Shown here: positions 24,144 to 35,662 of the stretch, piece after piece
Layout: every line of letters starts with the position of its first letter
How positions within the stretch are numbered: the first letter of the stretch is position 1
From: Selaginella moellendorffii
Lineage: Eukaryota > Plantae > Lycopodiophyta
Reading direction: 5' to 3'
DNA length: 64,000 nucleotides
Assembly: GCF_000143415.4 (NCBI RefSeq)
Contig: NW_003314276.1
Span: forward strand, 106,766 to 170,765
Position numbers and translations under genes: made by a program
Notes under the pieces: generated by a model
What the model was told of the DNA's origin: nothing
The model's input: the letters and a program-made list of their open reading frames with translations, nothing else
Databases searched by the model: none

Positions 24144-24736
24144 ATGAAAAGCCAAGTTTACATTGCCGAGTTCACACCCCATTATCGAAGGAGTTGATTC
24201 CCCAGATAAATCCCTGCACCATGACCTAGTGCTCATACAAAGCTAGAAGCTGGTCAACTGTACATGGCTTTAGAGTTGGTAGCAACATGCTCAAGACTGG
24301 ACGATTGCTGGTGAATTCTTACAGACTTTCACCTAACATGCTAGATAACCGTAGAGCAGCAAGGAAAGAACATTCAAGAAGCCTTTCAAGATCCTACTCT
24401 TTATTTTGTAGGAAATTCAGCACTTGGCTCTCCAAATTTGCAGCATGCCAGGACTGCATTGCAATGTGTTGGGATTTCTCCTATCCAAGATGTGTGCAAG
24501 TATGCACATATTTTGAGGAGATTTAGAAGGTAGTAGGTAGACACTGCTTGATTCTTATTATAATGAGGCTTATAACATTAACTTTGGCCAATCTTGCTAA
24601 ACAATAGACTATGGCCGGTTTAGTAAAAGGCTGATAAAACGTGTATGGTTGTAAAACTCAGTTCTCATGAGATTCTTACAACTTGCTTCTGAAAGTCTTT
24701 ATGTTTTGCCTTTGTGCTTCGCAAATCTTCCTCAAC
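24144..24736 (-). repeat. Right arm of inverted duplication, containing a second PGIC fragment (~24160-24330)
   Basis: Reverse complement of 21027-21629. Confidence 0.95.
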
Positions 24737-24769
24737 TTGCTTGAGCTGTATTAATAGGAACGACACATA

Positions 24770-25440
24770 CCTGGTTTCATAGGGTGAGAACAACATAAGG
24801 GTCACCAATCATGAAGTCCCTCACTGTAAGGTTACCTCTAGAATTGAAGTATTGAACAGAAGAATCTTCTTGCCTTGAAAGAATGTCGACTCTTGACAAG
24901 AGGAAGCCAAATGCATGGCTTTACGAATTTTTGTCTTTCATACTTGCTTCTGAGAAAACATTGATGGTTGAAAAATAAATATAGAAAACAGTTTTGCATC
25001 TCCTGAACCTTACAAATTCTAATTGCTCTTGATTGGATGATTCTGGCATGGGTCTTTTGCCAAGATTTAGGAACAAAGGCCTCGTATGCAGCATTTGCAG
25101 CTGCATTGCCACCAATAAACAGCATAAGCTCAACCCCTTTGTCTGTCCAGTCGTTGGAATTTATGGACATAAACTGTTGAAAAGGGACATAAAATTGGGA
25201 AGAGAGATTATTTACATTTACCTTTGATACAGAAGCTCCCATGCTTCAATGAACAGCATAGCATTTGTCACAGATTATAACTCCATGTTTGTAGAGCTGG
25301 AGAAACAACAGAAGATGCAGCAAGATGGAAATGAAAATGACTTACGCCCATTGGGGACCCTGCAACCTGCAACCCTGCACATAACTGGTTGTCTGGTTGC
25401 AAGATAAATGTCTGAAATTTAGTCGTGCTTCTCTCCATTT
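24770..25440 (-). pseudogene. ArfGAP-C2 (ZAC/AGD11-13-like) fragment
   Basis: LQPDNQLCAG...PQW (zinc finger start); WTDKGVELMLFIGGNAAANAAYEAFVP...PESSNQEQLEFVR|SKYERQKFVKP; NLTVRDFMIGDPYVVLTL* (C2 start). Frameshifts and stops. Confidence 0.8.
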
Positions 25441-25895
25441 GCTAGGGTATCAAAGATCCACTCCTGAAAAACAAAGATCGGTGGACAGACCTTCTAGCAA
25501 AAAAAAGAAGAATAAAAGAAAAAGCATTGCATTGAAAACCTTACCTTTAAACAAAGGAAATTCCGAGTCGATGAGCTTAACCTTTACTCCAATCCTGCCA
25601 ATACGCTCTGAGACACATAGATACACTGCAAAAAAAGAGCATTCTCAACTCAGAGGGAAAAGAAAGAACTGTCTTTCAGAGATCCAGTAAACTGCTTTCA
25701 CAGACTTACAAGTGTATTATACAGGTGCTCCGACTGAATGGTAGAATGCTTTTCAAGTCGATCTGGGTGGAAATCTTGAGCGCCTGGCAGCCTTTGGACA
25801 GCACACTATTGTGATCAGATGGTCTGTTCACGATTCCACAAGTGCTGTGGAAAGTCAGAGGTCTCTTTGACGGCATATGAGCACAAGGTATATAA

Positions 25896-25988
25896 CGTAA
25901 GGACCAATGCAATCATGCAGCGAACCTCATGGTGTGCAGCCGCGCGTAAGGACCAATGCAATCATGCAGCGAACCTGATGGTGTGCAG
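25896..25988. repeat. Tandem duplication, 44-bp unit x2 (period 49)
   Basis: CGTAAGGACCAATGCAATCATGCAGCGAACCT(C/G)ATGGTGTGCAG occurs twice, separated by CCGCG. Confidence 0.9.
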
Positions 25989-26184
25989 TAAGCTCTCCTG
26001 GAAAAATGCATTGAAAAAAACTGGTTTACCCTAAAAAAAAAAAAGTTTCAACCTCAACTGTTTTTTTGCCATGTGTCTTCATCTCCACCATTAAACTCGA
26101 AAAGAATCTCGATTGAATATGTCACCCTTGCTCTTTTAAATATAGAAGGATGATTTAGATTCCTTCCAATTATTTTATGCCCCA

Positions 26185-29100
26185 TTATTGGCCACTAGTC
26201 TTTTGCTCTTCTCCTTTGTTGTACCACATAATATAGGATCACTACCTCCATCTTTGAGGTATCCTTTTGGTTCTATAGCAAAAGTTTTGCCTTGCCAAGT
26301 TCAAAAGGTGTTCACCCCTAATAAATCTCTTCAATATTTTCTGTTATGCACTTTATTCATGGCCCAACCTTGCTACCCACCCATGGGTCTTTCTTTAGAG
26401 ATTATTTTCTTGAACTCACAATACTATTGCATTGTCACTGTTTATTTCTCTTAGGTGTCCTTCCCACTTGGTCACCTTCATCAAGCCACACCATTATTGT
26501 TAATTTAAATCAACACTTTGAACTAGGATACTAAGATTTTTATTTCTTAACCTCATTTAGATTTTATCCTTATTTAGCTGTAAGATCATCTAGTGATTTA
26601 ACCTTGACACTTTATCAGGTTTGCCAATAGATATTAGGTTTTCCAAACCTTTAAGTTGTTGAATATGACCCTAGGGGTATCCCCCACACTTGGTGGTTTG
26701 CCCAAGCTAGCCCTTTTGGCCAAGGTCTATAGCAATTGAGACTAAATGTCCCCATTTTATTCACTATATCTTTGGTGCCACTTGCACCAAAATGTTCAAA
26801 TTAGATATGCCAAGGTTTCACATTAAGTGATTTAACTGTGCATCACGACTCTAGGGCATCCTCCGCTTGGCAGTGTCCCCAAGCTAGTCTCCTTATTAAG
26901 AGTCCATGATCACCGAAAAATAAGTATCCTCATATTCCAAACCATCACTACACCTTAGTAAGTTGGGACTCGAACCCAAACACTAGAGGGTTAGGACTTT
27001 AACCCAACCTCCATATATGCATTTATAGATAGCATCACCCAAGATGCCTGGCATGACTCTCTACGCCAGTGCACCAACTTATACTTAAAGTGTGCACGGA
27101 TCACAGTTTAGGAATTTAGTTCTTTTGAGCTTCCAAATCTTCTCACTTAACAAATTTATGATCATGTATGGTCTCCTCCATACTTGACCTTATGGGTTAC
27201 CCCTTTTGAAGTTAACATCTTCAATTAAAGCCTTTGTCCCCTAGACTTGCCAATTTGCTTAGCAAGTCTTCTGACTAGTGTAACATAGTTTCATCTATAA
27301 GCATGAAAGTCCTTAACCATTTGGTTGAAACAAAAAAAGAAAAACCAAAGAGTTCTAAAAAAGAAAAGTGAGAACTTTCATTCAAAGTTATCTCTTTAAA
27401 CACTTGGGAATTAGTTCCCTAACCTTGATAGCATTGCTTTATGGCAAGGTTCAAGACTACATTTCTGCTGTACCACTTTAATTTTGCACAATCTTATAAA
27501 TTATTTATATTTGTCTTTCTAGGTATCAACTTATCCAGAATTGTCTTTAGGAATATTGAAGGGACTTTATCCCTGAGCTTACTAAGGCCTCTCCTTTCAC
27601 AAGATTTCTAATTGTTATATGGTTTAACATGGACAATTCCATACTTTAAACTCTTCATGACATCATAATTGTTAGTAGTAACACCTTTGAGCACCCACTT
27701 GATTCTCCACTCCCAACTTCCATAACCACTCTCAGTTATACCCTTCAATTACTATAATTCAGTTTTATTCCTTTACTACTTATTTTTAGCCTTATACATT
27801 TCCTTTAGTTATTCTCTTCTATACTAGGAGGATAACTTTGCACTTTCTACCATGCTTTAGTAAGTAATTTTAAGGACGAACCTACCTGATAGCCTAAGAA
27901 GTGGTTCTTTAATTCAGATATGCTCACTTTGTAATCTCATACATCAAGATTAATGTTACTATTTATAGGCCTTTATATGCCTATCACTAGCTTTGAAAAA
28001 ATCCCTTTTGACTTTATTTAATTTGGATAGATGGACTTCTCCCATTTTTGCAACCTTGAATGTTAAATAACACCTATTTAATGCCCTCATGATATCAAAC
28101 ACCACTTTTTAGGCCTTATCTAATGCTCTCATGATATCAAACACCACTTTTTGGTGTTTTAAAATGTTTAAGTGTCGCAATAATGGCCTTTTTTGACAAT
28201 GAGCATTTCTCTTTATAACATTAACTTACTATATCGCAACATAAACAATTTATCTGCTTGGGGGATATATTTAAGTCCCTTATCCTAATAAAAAGTTCAA
28301 TTCAATCAATTATATTACACCTTTTGCTTAATTTCTTCATAGTTGTCAAGTTTTACAACTCATTGATAGTGCTTTCACACCTCCATCATTATTTGGGTCA
28401 CCATATTCTAATTGCATGTATTTCAGCCCATTCTCATTTCTATTAGGATTCATTTTGGCAAGGGGTTTTTATGAACTCACTAACTTGACCTTAATGTATC
28501 ATACCTTGGCATATTTAGTGTTTCCACACCATCAACTTTACAAACCTACTTTTACAACACTTCCCACTTGTGTCTAGATCCTTGCCAAGATAATAATAGT
28601 CATTTATTGTGCCAAATATCAATTAGCACTTGAACACAGTATTCATACATAACTCTTCGCCAAAGTTGCTTTCTTCCGTGAACACCTTTCTAACGACTTT
28701 GGTATGGCACATTCTGCCATTAATGAGATACCTATTATTATCATATTTGGATCTCATAATCCTCTCTGTCCTTTGCAAAGTATAACACATCTCAGTCCAA
28801 ATGCTTCTATCAATTCTTTAGGACTATTCTTTGACTTCACTTGAGTTATCTAACTTTTGGACTTTATTAATCCGATGACTTGTAAGGTCTTAGCCTTATG
28901 GCTACTTTTGAGGTGCTAGCTTGTTAGAATACAACTTTTTGTATTTATGTTTTACTCACAAGGACTATCTTTGCAAGTGTTATTCTAACACTTAATTATT
29001 ATTTGCTTTATATAAGCTATTTTTACCCCTTAGAACTATTTGTCTATATGATGAGAATACTGACTCATCCTCTAAGTACACCCTTAATTCTTTGGGTTGT

Positions 29101-30687
29101 TCCAGCATTTATTAAAGGTAGCCCCGGCTACTATTTTAAGGACTTGTGTCCTCTTCTGTATTTAACCTCTCACAATCATTAATTCCCATCTTAAATTCAT
29201 GAGCACCATCCTCAACTATATGAGGATAATTCTACAACTCCTTTATTGTCTTGGAGTCTTTGTGATCCTAACTATAGTTGTTTAACAAAACCACATTAGC
29301 TAATTTGTTAAATAAAATACTCATTGGACCATATGCTTAACTCTCTAAGGAAAACTTTATACAGTTCTTAAGATCCCAAAGTCATTCCCAAATTAGCCCC
29401 TTTTTATCCACCATAGTGCCAACATATGCACGTATAAACTAAGATGGAGAGTCATGTCCTCTCGATATACTACTCCTCGAGGATAGGCCCACACTTGGAA
29501 CCTTCCGATACCAATACAAGTGGTAATATATACTTAACCACCAATAAAAGACAGACTAATAAACAACTCCAATACCAAGTTGTAAGTGACTAATTTTTCT
29601 ATTCTACCCTATGCAACCCTCATGGGTACTCTCCCCACCTTCTACCCTTAGATGCCCTAGTTATGTGGCTAGAGCAAGGTTCCAATGAGCCACACTAGGT
29701 ATCCAAGTAAGTAATGCCACCTACACTTGGATTAGGAGCATTGACCATTCGATCTCCCAGGGGAATTAGAGTTGGCTCTTGAATATTTCATTAAGCTACC
29801 TTGCTTGTCTATTTATATTCACTTTAACCTTGGACTCTCTAGTGGTTATATCATCACCCAATATGTGGGTATAGACTTCCTTGGTCACACTGGCCTTTCC
29901 TGACCAAACTGGCTCCACTAGAGTCCTCCCCCACTATACTTTTGGAGCTCAGCAAACCCCCTAGAGTTTTGGGAGACGATTGCTTTAGGCTTTCACCCTA
30001 AGACTTGGATTCGAACTCAAACTCGAACTCAGACTCGGTCTCAGTCTCAGAATCTGTCTCAGTCTCAGACTCGGACTCGGTCTTGGACTCGATCTCAGTT
30101 TTGGTCTCAGTCTTGGACTCAGACACAAGCTCGGTCTCGGACTTGGTCTCAGTTTTGGGCTCAGTCTCGGTGTTAGTCTCTTTCTCAGCCTTGACCTCGG
30201 ACTCCATCTCAGATCCATCTCAGACTTGGCCTCAAACTCCATCTTGGGTCCATCTCAGACTCCATCTCAAGTCCATCTTAGACTCCATCTTGGATCTATA
30301 TTGAACTCCATCTTAAACTCCATCTTGGGTCCATATTTGGTCCATCTTTGGTCCATATTGGACTCCATCTTAGACTCCATCTTGGACTCCATCTCGGGTC
30401 CATATCTAACTCCATCTTGGACTCTTTCTTAGATTCGTTTTTGACACTTTTATGTGTCACAACACTTGCCATATGTCAGTCCTTTTTGTGTCCCATTTTA
30501 GAGACTCATTCACTGATTGCTTAGACTCATCCCTTGACCACTTTGTTCAAAGTTCAAGTCCCACTCTCAACTTTTTAAGTCCAAGTCTTTAGTCCAAATA
30601 TGTTATGCTTGTTGAACTTCCGCTTCGACCACTACCATCTAGCACCCTTTCTGCTCCACTTTAGGGGTTAAGGATTTGTGTCTCACA
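26185..30687 (-). mobile_element. Family C non-coding LTR element: 5' LTR (29581-30687, internally deleted), PBS-like site, internal region
   Basis: LTR TGTGAGACAC...AGTCACTTACA followed by ACTTGGTATTGGAG. The internal region is collinear with 40098-43390. Minisatellite at ~30000-30440. Confidence 0.8.
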
Positions 30688-30711
30688 ACTTAGTGTAACC
30701 TTTAGTGTAAA

Positions 30712-31590
30712 AGGGTCTTAGGATACTTGGGGTTAAGTGTCCTTGGGTTTGATTAGTATTATGTTAGGTGACCTCCTTGGAAGTCCAAATTTAGGAGCTT
30801 ACATTTGGTATTGAAGTAATCTTAGGTTTGACTCTATTAGTTAACTTAGGGGAATTGCACCACATATTGATTGACATCTGGCAAGTCTAATTTGTTCCTG
30901 CTGGGCTTGACCCGAGGGGTAGGGTGTCAAGAGAGTGGGGCTTTCAGGAGAGTTGCGGCTCTCAGCTTTTGTTGACGAGGGTGTGAACTTGTAAGGAAAT
31001 GTGGTGGATTGTAAGCAACCAAAAAGAAGAACTTGAGAGATGATACATAAGGGTTTAAATATAGAGGGAAAGGGCCTATGAATAAGAGTGGACCCCCTTT
31101 TTTAATCAGTTAAGTGTCTTGGGAAATTTGGGGTTAAGTGTTCTTGGGTTTGAATAGTACTAGATTGGGTGACCTTTTGGGATATCCAAATTCACGAGTT
31201 TACGTTTGGTATTGGAGTGGTCTCAGGTTTGACTCTATTAATTAGCTTAAGGGAATCACACCACATATTGATTGACATTTGGCAGGTCTAGTTTGCTTTA
31301 GTTGGGCTCGACCTGAGGGTAGGGTGTCAAGAAAGCGGGGCTCTTAGAAGAGTTGTGGCTCTCAGGAGAGTTGTAGCTCTTAGCTTCTGTTCACGAGGGT
31401 GTGAACTTGTAGAGAAGTGTTGTGGATTGTAAGAAACTAAAAAAAATGACTCGAAAGATGATCTATAGGAATTCAAATATAGAGGGAAAGGGCCCATGAA
31501 TAAGAGTGCACCCCCTTTTCCAATTGGATAAGGGTCTTGGAATATTTGGGGTTAAGTGTCCTTGGGTTTGAATAGTACTGGGTTGAGTAA
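30712..31590 (+). mobile_element. Tandem-array TRIM (family G): partial LTR-internal-LTR(31010-31204)-internal-partial LTR(31428-)
   Basis: ~400-420 bp period. Each LTR end (GAGCTTACA/GAGTTTACG) is followed by TTTGGTATTG (PBS); each TGTAAG start is preceded by a purine-rich tract. Further pieces at 62374-62639 and 6332-6395. Confidence 0.75.
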
Positions 31591-31689
31591 CATTCAAGAG
31601 GACCAACACATGACACATGAAAGTGTCGAGATGGAGTTTGAGATGGACCCAAGATGGAGTCTGAGATGGAGTCCAAGTTTGAGCCACTA

Positions 31690-32318
31690 TGATTTCACAC
31701 ATAACTTATACCCAAAGTGTGCTACAAATCACAAATTAGGATTATAATTCCTCTAAATTGCAAAGTCTCTTCCCTTGACAAGCCTATGATCATACATGGA
31801 CTTTTCCATACTTGGCCTCCCTAGGCCACCCTTTTTGAAGTTAAAGTACCTTTAATTAGGGTTTTTATTCCCTTGATTTGCCAATCTCTTTTAGCAAGTC
31901 ACTTGATTAATATAACATATTTTCATACATAAGTGTGAAAGTTCTTAGCTATCGGCTTTCATTCAAAGCTATCTTTTTGAACACTTGAGAACTAATTCCC
32001 TAACCTTAAAAACCTTATCTTATGCCAAGCTCAAGACCACATTTTTGCTGTGCAACTATGATTTCATGCATTCTTATAAACCATTTACACTTGTCTTTCT
32101 AAGTATTAACCTACCTAAAATTCTTTTTAGGAATTTTGAAGGGACCCTATCCTTTATCTTGCCAAAGTTTTCCCTTTCACAAGCTTTCTAATTGTGATAT
32201 AGTTTAATATGGGTACTATATTTTAAACTCTCTATGGTACCACAATTGCCAGTAGCAACACTTTTGATCACCCACTTGATTGTCCACTCCTAAGTTGCAT
32301 GACCACCCTTGGCTATGC
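31690..32318 (-). mobile_element. Family C internal fragment
   Basis: Reverse complement of ~41930-42540. Confidence 0.75.
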
Positions 32319-32916
32319 TGTGAGACACAAATTCTAGAGCCCCAAAAGTGGAGCCGAAGGGTGCCATGTGGTAGTGATTGAAGCAGAAGCCAAACAAGCA
32401 TAACACGTTTGGACTAAAAGCTCCGACTTGAAAGGTCGAGAGCGAGAGTGAAACTCCCCAAAGAAGGGCTTGAGGAACAAGCTCAAAGCGAGCAATAAGT
32501 GAGTTTCTAGAAAAACGACACAAAAGGACCAACATATGACACTAGAAGTGCAGAGATGGAGTCCGAGATGGAGTTTGAGATGGATCTGAGATGGAGTCCG
32601 AGATGGACCCGAGATGGAGTCTGAGATGGACTCGAGATGGAGTCTGAGTTGGACCCAAGATGGAGTCTGAGATAGACCCAAGATGGAGTTTGAGATGGAG
32701 TCCGAGTTGGACCCGAGATGGAGTCCGAGATGACCCCGAGATGGAGTCCAAGATGGAGTCCGAATTGGACCCGAGATTGAGTCCGAGATGGACTTAACAT
32801 GGACCCAAGATGGAGTCCAAGGACAAGGCCGAGACTGAGACCGAGACCGAGTCCAAGTTCAAGTCTGAGTTTGAGACCAAGAATGAGACCGAATCCAAGT
32901 CCAAGTCCAAGTCTAA

Positions 32917-34737
32917 TGTGAGACACAAAATCCCTAGGCCCCAAAGTGGAGCTGGAAAGGGTGCCACGTGGTAGTGGCCGAAGTGAAAGCCAAACGAGCG
33001 TAACACGTTTGGACTAAAAGCTCCGACTTAAAAGGTCGAGAGCGGGAGTGGAACTCCCAACAAAGTGCTCAAGGAGCAAGCACAAAGCAAGCAATAAGCA
33101 AGGCTCCAAAAAGGGACCCAAAAAGGACCAACACATGACACGTGGAAGTGTCCGAGATGGAGTCCGAGACGGACCCTAGTTGGAGTCCGAGATGGACCCA
33201 AAATGGAGTCCGATATGGAGTCTGAAGTGGAGTCCGAGATGGAGTCCGATATGGAGCCCGAGATGGACCTGAAGTGGAGTCTGAGGTGGACAAAGACAGA
33301 GTCCGAGATGGACCCGAGATGGAGTCTGAGATGGACCCGAGATGGAGTCCGAGATGTAGCCGAGGTGGACCAAGACGGAGTCCGAGATGGACCCGAGATG
33401 GAGTCCGAGATGGAGTCTGAGATGGACCCGAGATGGAGTCCGAGGTGGAGTCCGAGGTGGACCGAGACGGAGTCCGAGATGGACCCGAGATGGAGTCCGA
33501 GATGGACCGAGACGGAGTACGAGATGGAGTCCGAGATGGACCGAGATGAAGTCCGAGATGGAATCCGAGATGGAGTCCGAGAAGGACCCGAGATGGAGTC
33601 CGAGGTCGAGATCGAGACCGGGACCGAGACCGGGACCGAGACCGAGATCGGGACCAAGACCGGGACCGAGACCGAGGCCAAGGCTGAGACCGAGCCCGAG
33701 CCCGAGTCCGAGTCCGAGTCCGAGTCCGAGTCCGAGTCCGAGTCCGAGTTCAAGTCTGAGAGGGTGAAAGCCCAAAGCGTTCGTCTCCCAGACCCTGGGG
33801 GGTTTGGTGAGCTCCAACAGTATAGTAAGGGGGAGGACTGCAGTGGAGCCAGTTTGGCCTAGGAAGGCCAGACCCAGTGTTGGGTGATGAACTGACCACT
33901 GGGAAGTCTAAGACTAGAGTGAATACGGACCGACAAGTGGGGTAGCTTGGTGAAGTGTTCAAGATCCGGCTCTAGTTCCCCCGGGAGATCGACTGGCCGA
34001 TGCTCCCAGTCCAAGTGTGGGTGGCACTACCTACTTGGATACCAGGCGTGGCTCAACGAAACCTCGCTCTAAGCCCATGGCTAGAGCACCTAAAGGTGAA
34101 AGGCGGGGAGAGTACCTAGGTGGCTCGCGTAAGGCCACGGTGTTCCGAAATGTTGTCCCAAAGGCCTAGACTGTGGAAAGGAAGAGGAGCAGTCCTCTGG
34201 GGTAGTGACCAAGGACACAGTCGTGTGGTGAGGAAGTCCCAGAGGACCATGGGACTTAGTGGTTGGGCTTGTGGGCCTCGATCCAGTGGCAGTGTTGGCA
34301 AACACGGCCAGGGGCAGAAAGGGACTTGGTAGGAACTGACAAAGGGACTTTGGGGAAGGCAATTCCCCAGGTCTGTGGGCATCCCAAGGATGCTAAGGAG
34401 TGGATCTAGGATGACCACTCGTGGATAGATGGCCCAGTCTTGGAGAGACGGGATGGTGATGCAAGTGGTATTGGACCACTAGTGCAGCAAAGGTGAATGA
34501 GCATGGCCTTAGCGTAACGGGCCGAGATGTCAGTGGTACCTTTGGGTGTCGGTCTTGGGACCGGACACGTGGAGCACTTGGACCAGGTGTAAGTGTTGAG
34601 TGGCATGGATGCCATTCTTGGGGCTAGCAAGTCCCAAGTCCTGAATTGGACTGATGGAGGTTGTGAATGAGACTCCTCTAAGTGGTCGGAGGTGTAGTTA
34701 AGTGACTAAAGTAGAATGGAAAATTTCGTCACTTACA
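32917..34737 (+). mobile_element. Family C solo LTR (1821 bp) with 5-bp TSD TCTAA
   Basis: TG...CA termini; TCTAA at 32912-32916 and 34738-34742. Confidence 0.92.
33150..33760 (+). repeat. Compound minisatellite (GAGATGGAGTCC/GAGATGGACCC grading into GAGACC/GAGTCC) inside family C LTR
   Basis: The same array occurs at ~30000-30440(-), 32550-32915, 44330-44955, 50720-51320(-) and 56385-56520. Confidence 0.95.
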
Positions 34738-35662
34738 TCTAAGTCTGAGCCTGAGTGTGAGTCCGAGTCTGACTCTGAGGGTGAAAGCCCAAAGCATTCA
34801 TCTCCCAGACCCTGGGGGTTTGGTGAGCCCCAAAAGTATAGTAGGGGGAGGACCCCAGTGTAGCCAGTTTGGCCAGGAAAGGCTAGTATGAACTAGAAAA
34901 GCTATGCTTACGTGTTGGGTGATGATATATCCACTGAGGAATCCAAAGCTAGAATGAATATGGATAGACAACCGGGGTGGCTTGGTGAAGTGTTCAATAG
35001 TTGGCTTTAGCTCCCATGGGAAATCAAATGGTCGATACTCCCAATCCAAGCGTGGGTGGCACTACCTACTTAAATACATAGTGTGGCTCAATGAAACATT
35101 GCTCTAGCCCCATGGCTAGAGCACTCAAATGCGGAAGGTGGGGAGAGCACCCATGAAGCTTGCGTAGGGCCATGGTATTTTGAAATGTTGTCCCAAAGTC
35201 CCAGATTGTGGAAAGGAAGAGGACCAATCCTCTAGTTTAGTGACCAAGGATACAGTCACATGATGAGAAAGTCCTAGAGGACAGTGGGATTTAGTGATCG
35301 GGCCTATGAGCCTTGACCCAATGGCAATGTTGACGAACATGGCCATGGACAGAAAGGGACTTGGTGGGAACAGTAAAAGGGATATTGGGGAATGTTGTTC
35401 CCCATGTCTGCAGGCATCCTAAGGATGTTAAGGAGTGGATTTAGGATGATCACTCATGGACAGATGGCCCAGTCCTTGAGAGACGGGACTGCGATGCAAG
35501 TGGTGTTAGACCACCGGTGTGACCAAGGTGAAGGGGCATGGCCTTGGCGTAACAGGCTGATATGTCGATGGTACCTTGGGGTGTCAGTCTTGGGATTGGA
35601 CACGTAGAGCACTGGGACCAAGTGCAAAGGATAGGTGGCATGGATGCCATTCTTGGGGCTAG

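Larger units (their letters stand above)
32319..35662 (+). mobile_element. Family C LTR (older copy: 32319-32916 plus 34743-35662), interrupted by a solo LTR and truncated by a Gypsy A insertion
   Basis: Starts TGTGAGACAC; collinear with 44095-45842. Confidence 0.85.

Noticed and set aside
21027-24736. Pack-MULE interpretation of the inverted arms
   Set aside because: No 8-11 bp TSD, and the arms contain gene-derived (PGIC) sequence; kept only as an inverted duplication.
33150-33760. Regular short repeats as a possible CRISPR array
   Set aside because: No unique spacers, unit length is 6-12 bp, and the context is a plant LTR.
32334-33862. Long ORFs on both strands (MESEMD.., HLGLHLG.., SDSISD.., RWSPRW..), also at 30.0, 44.3 and 50.7 kb
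   Set aside because: They are translations of a stop-poor minisatellite, open in several frames at once; not evidence of genes.
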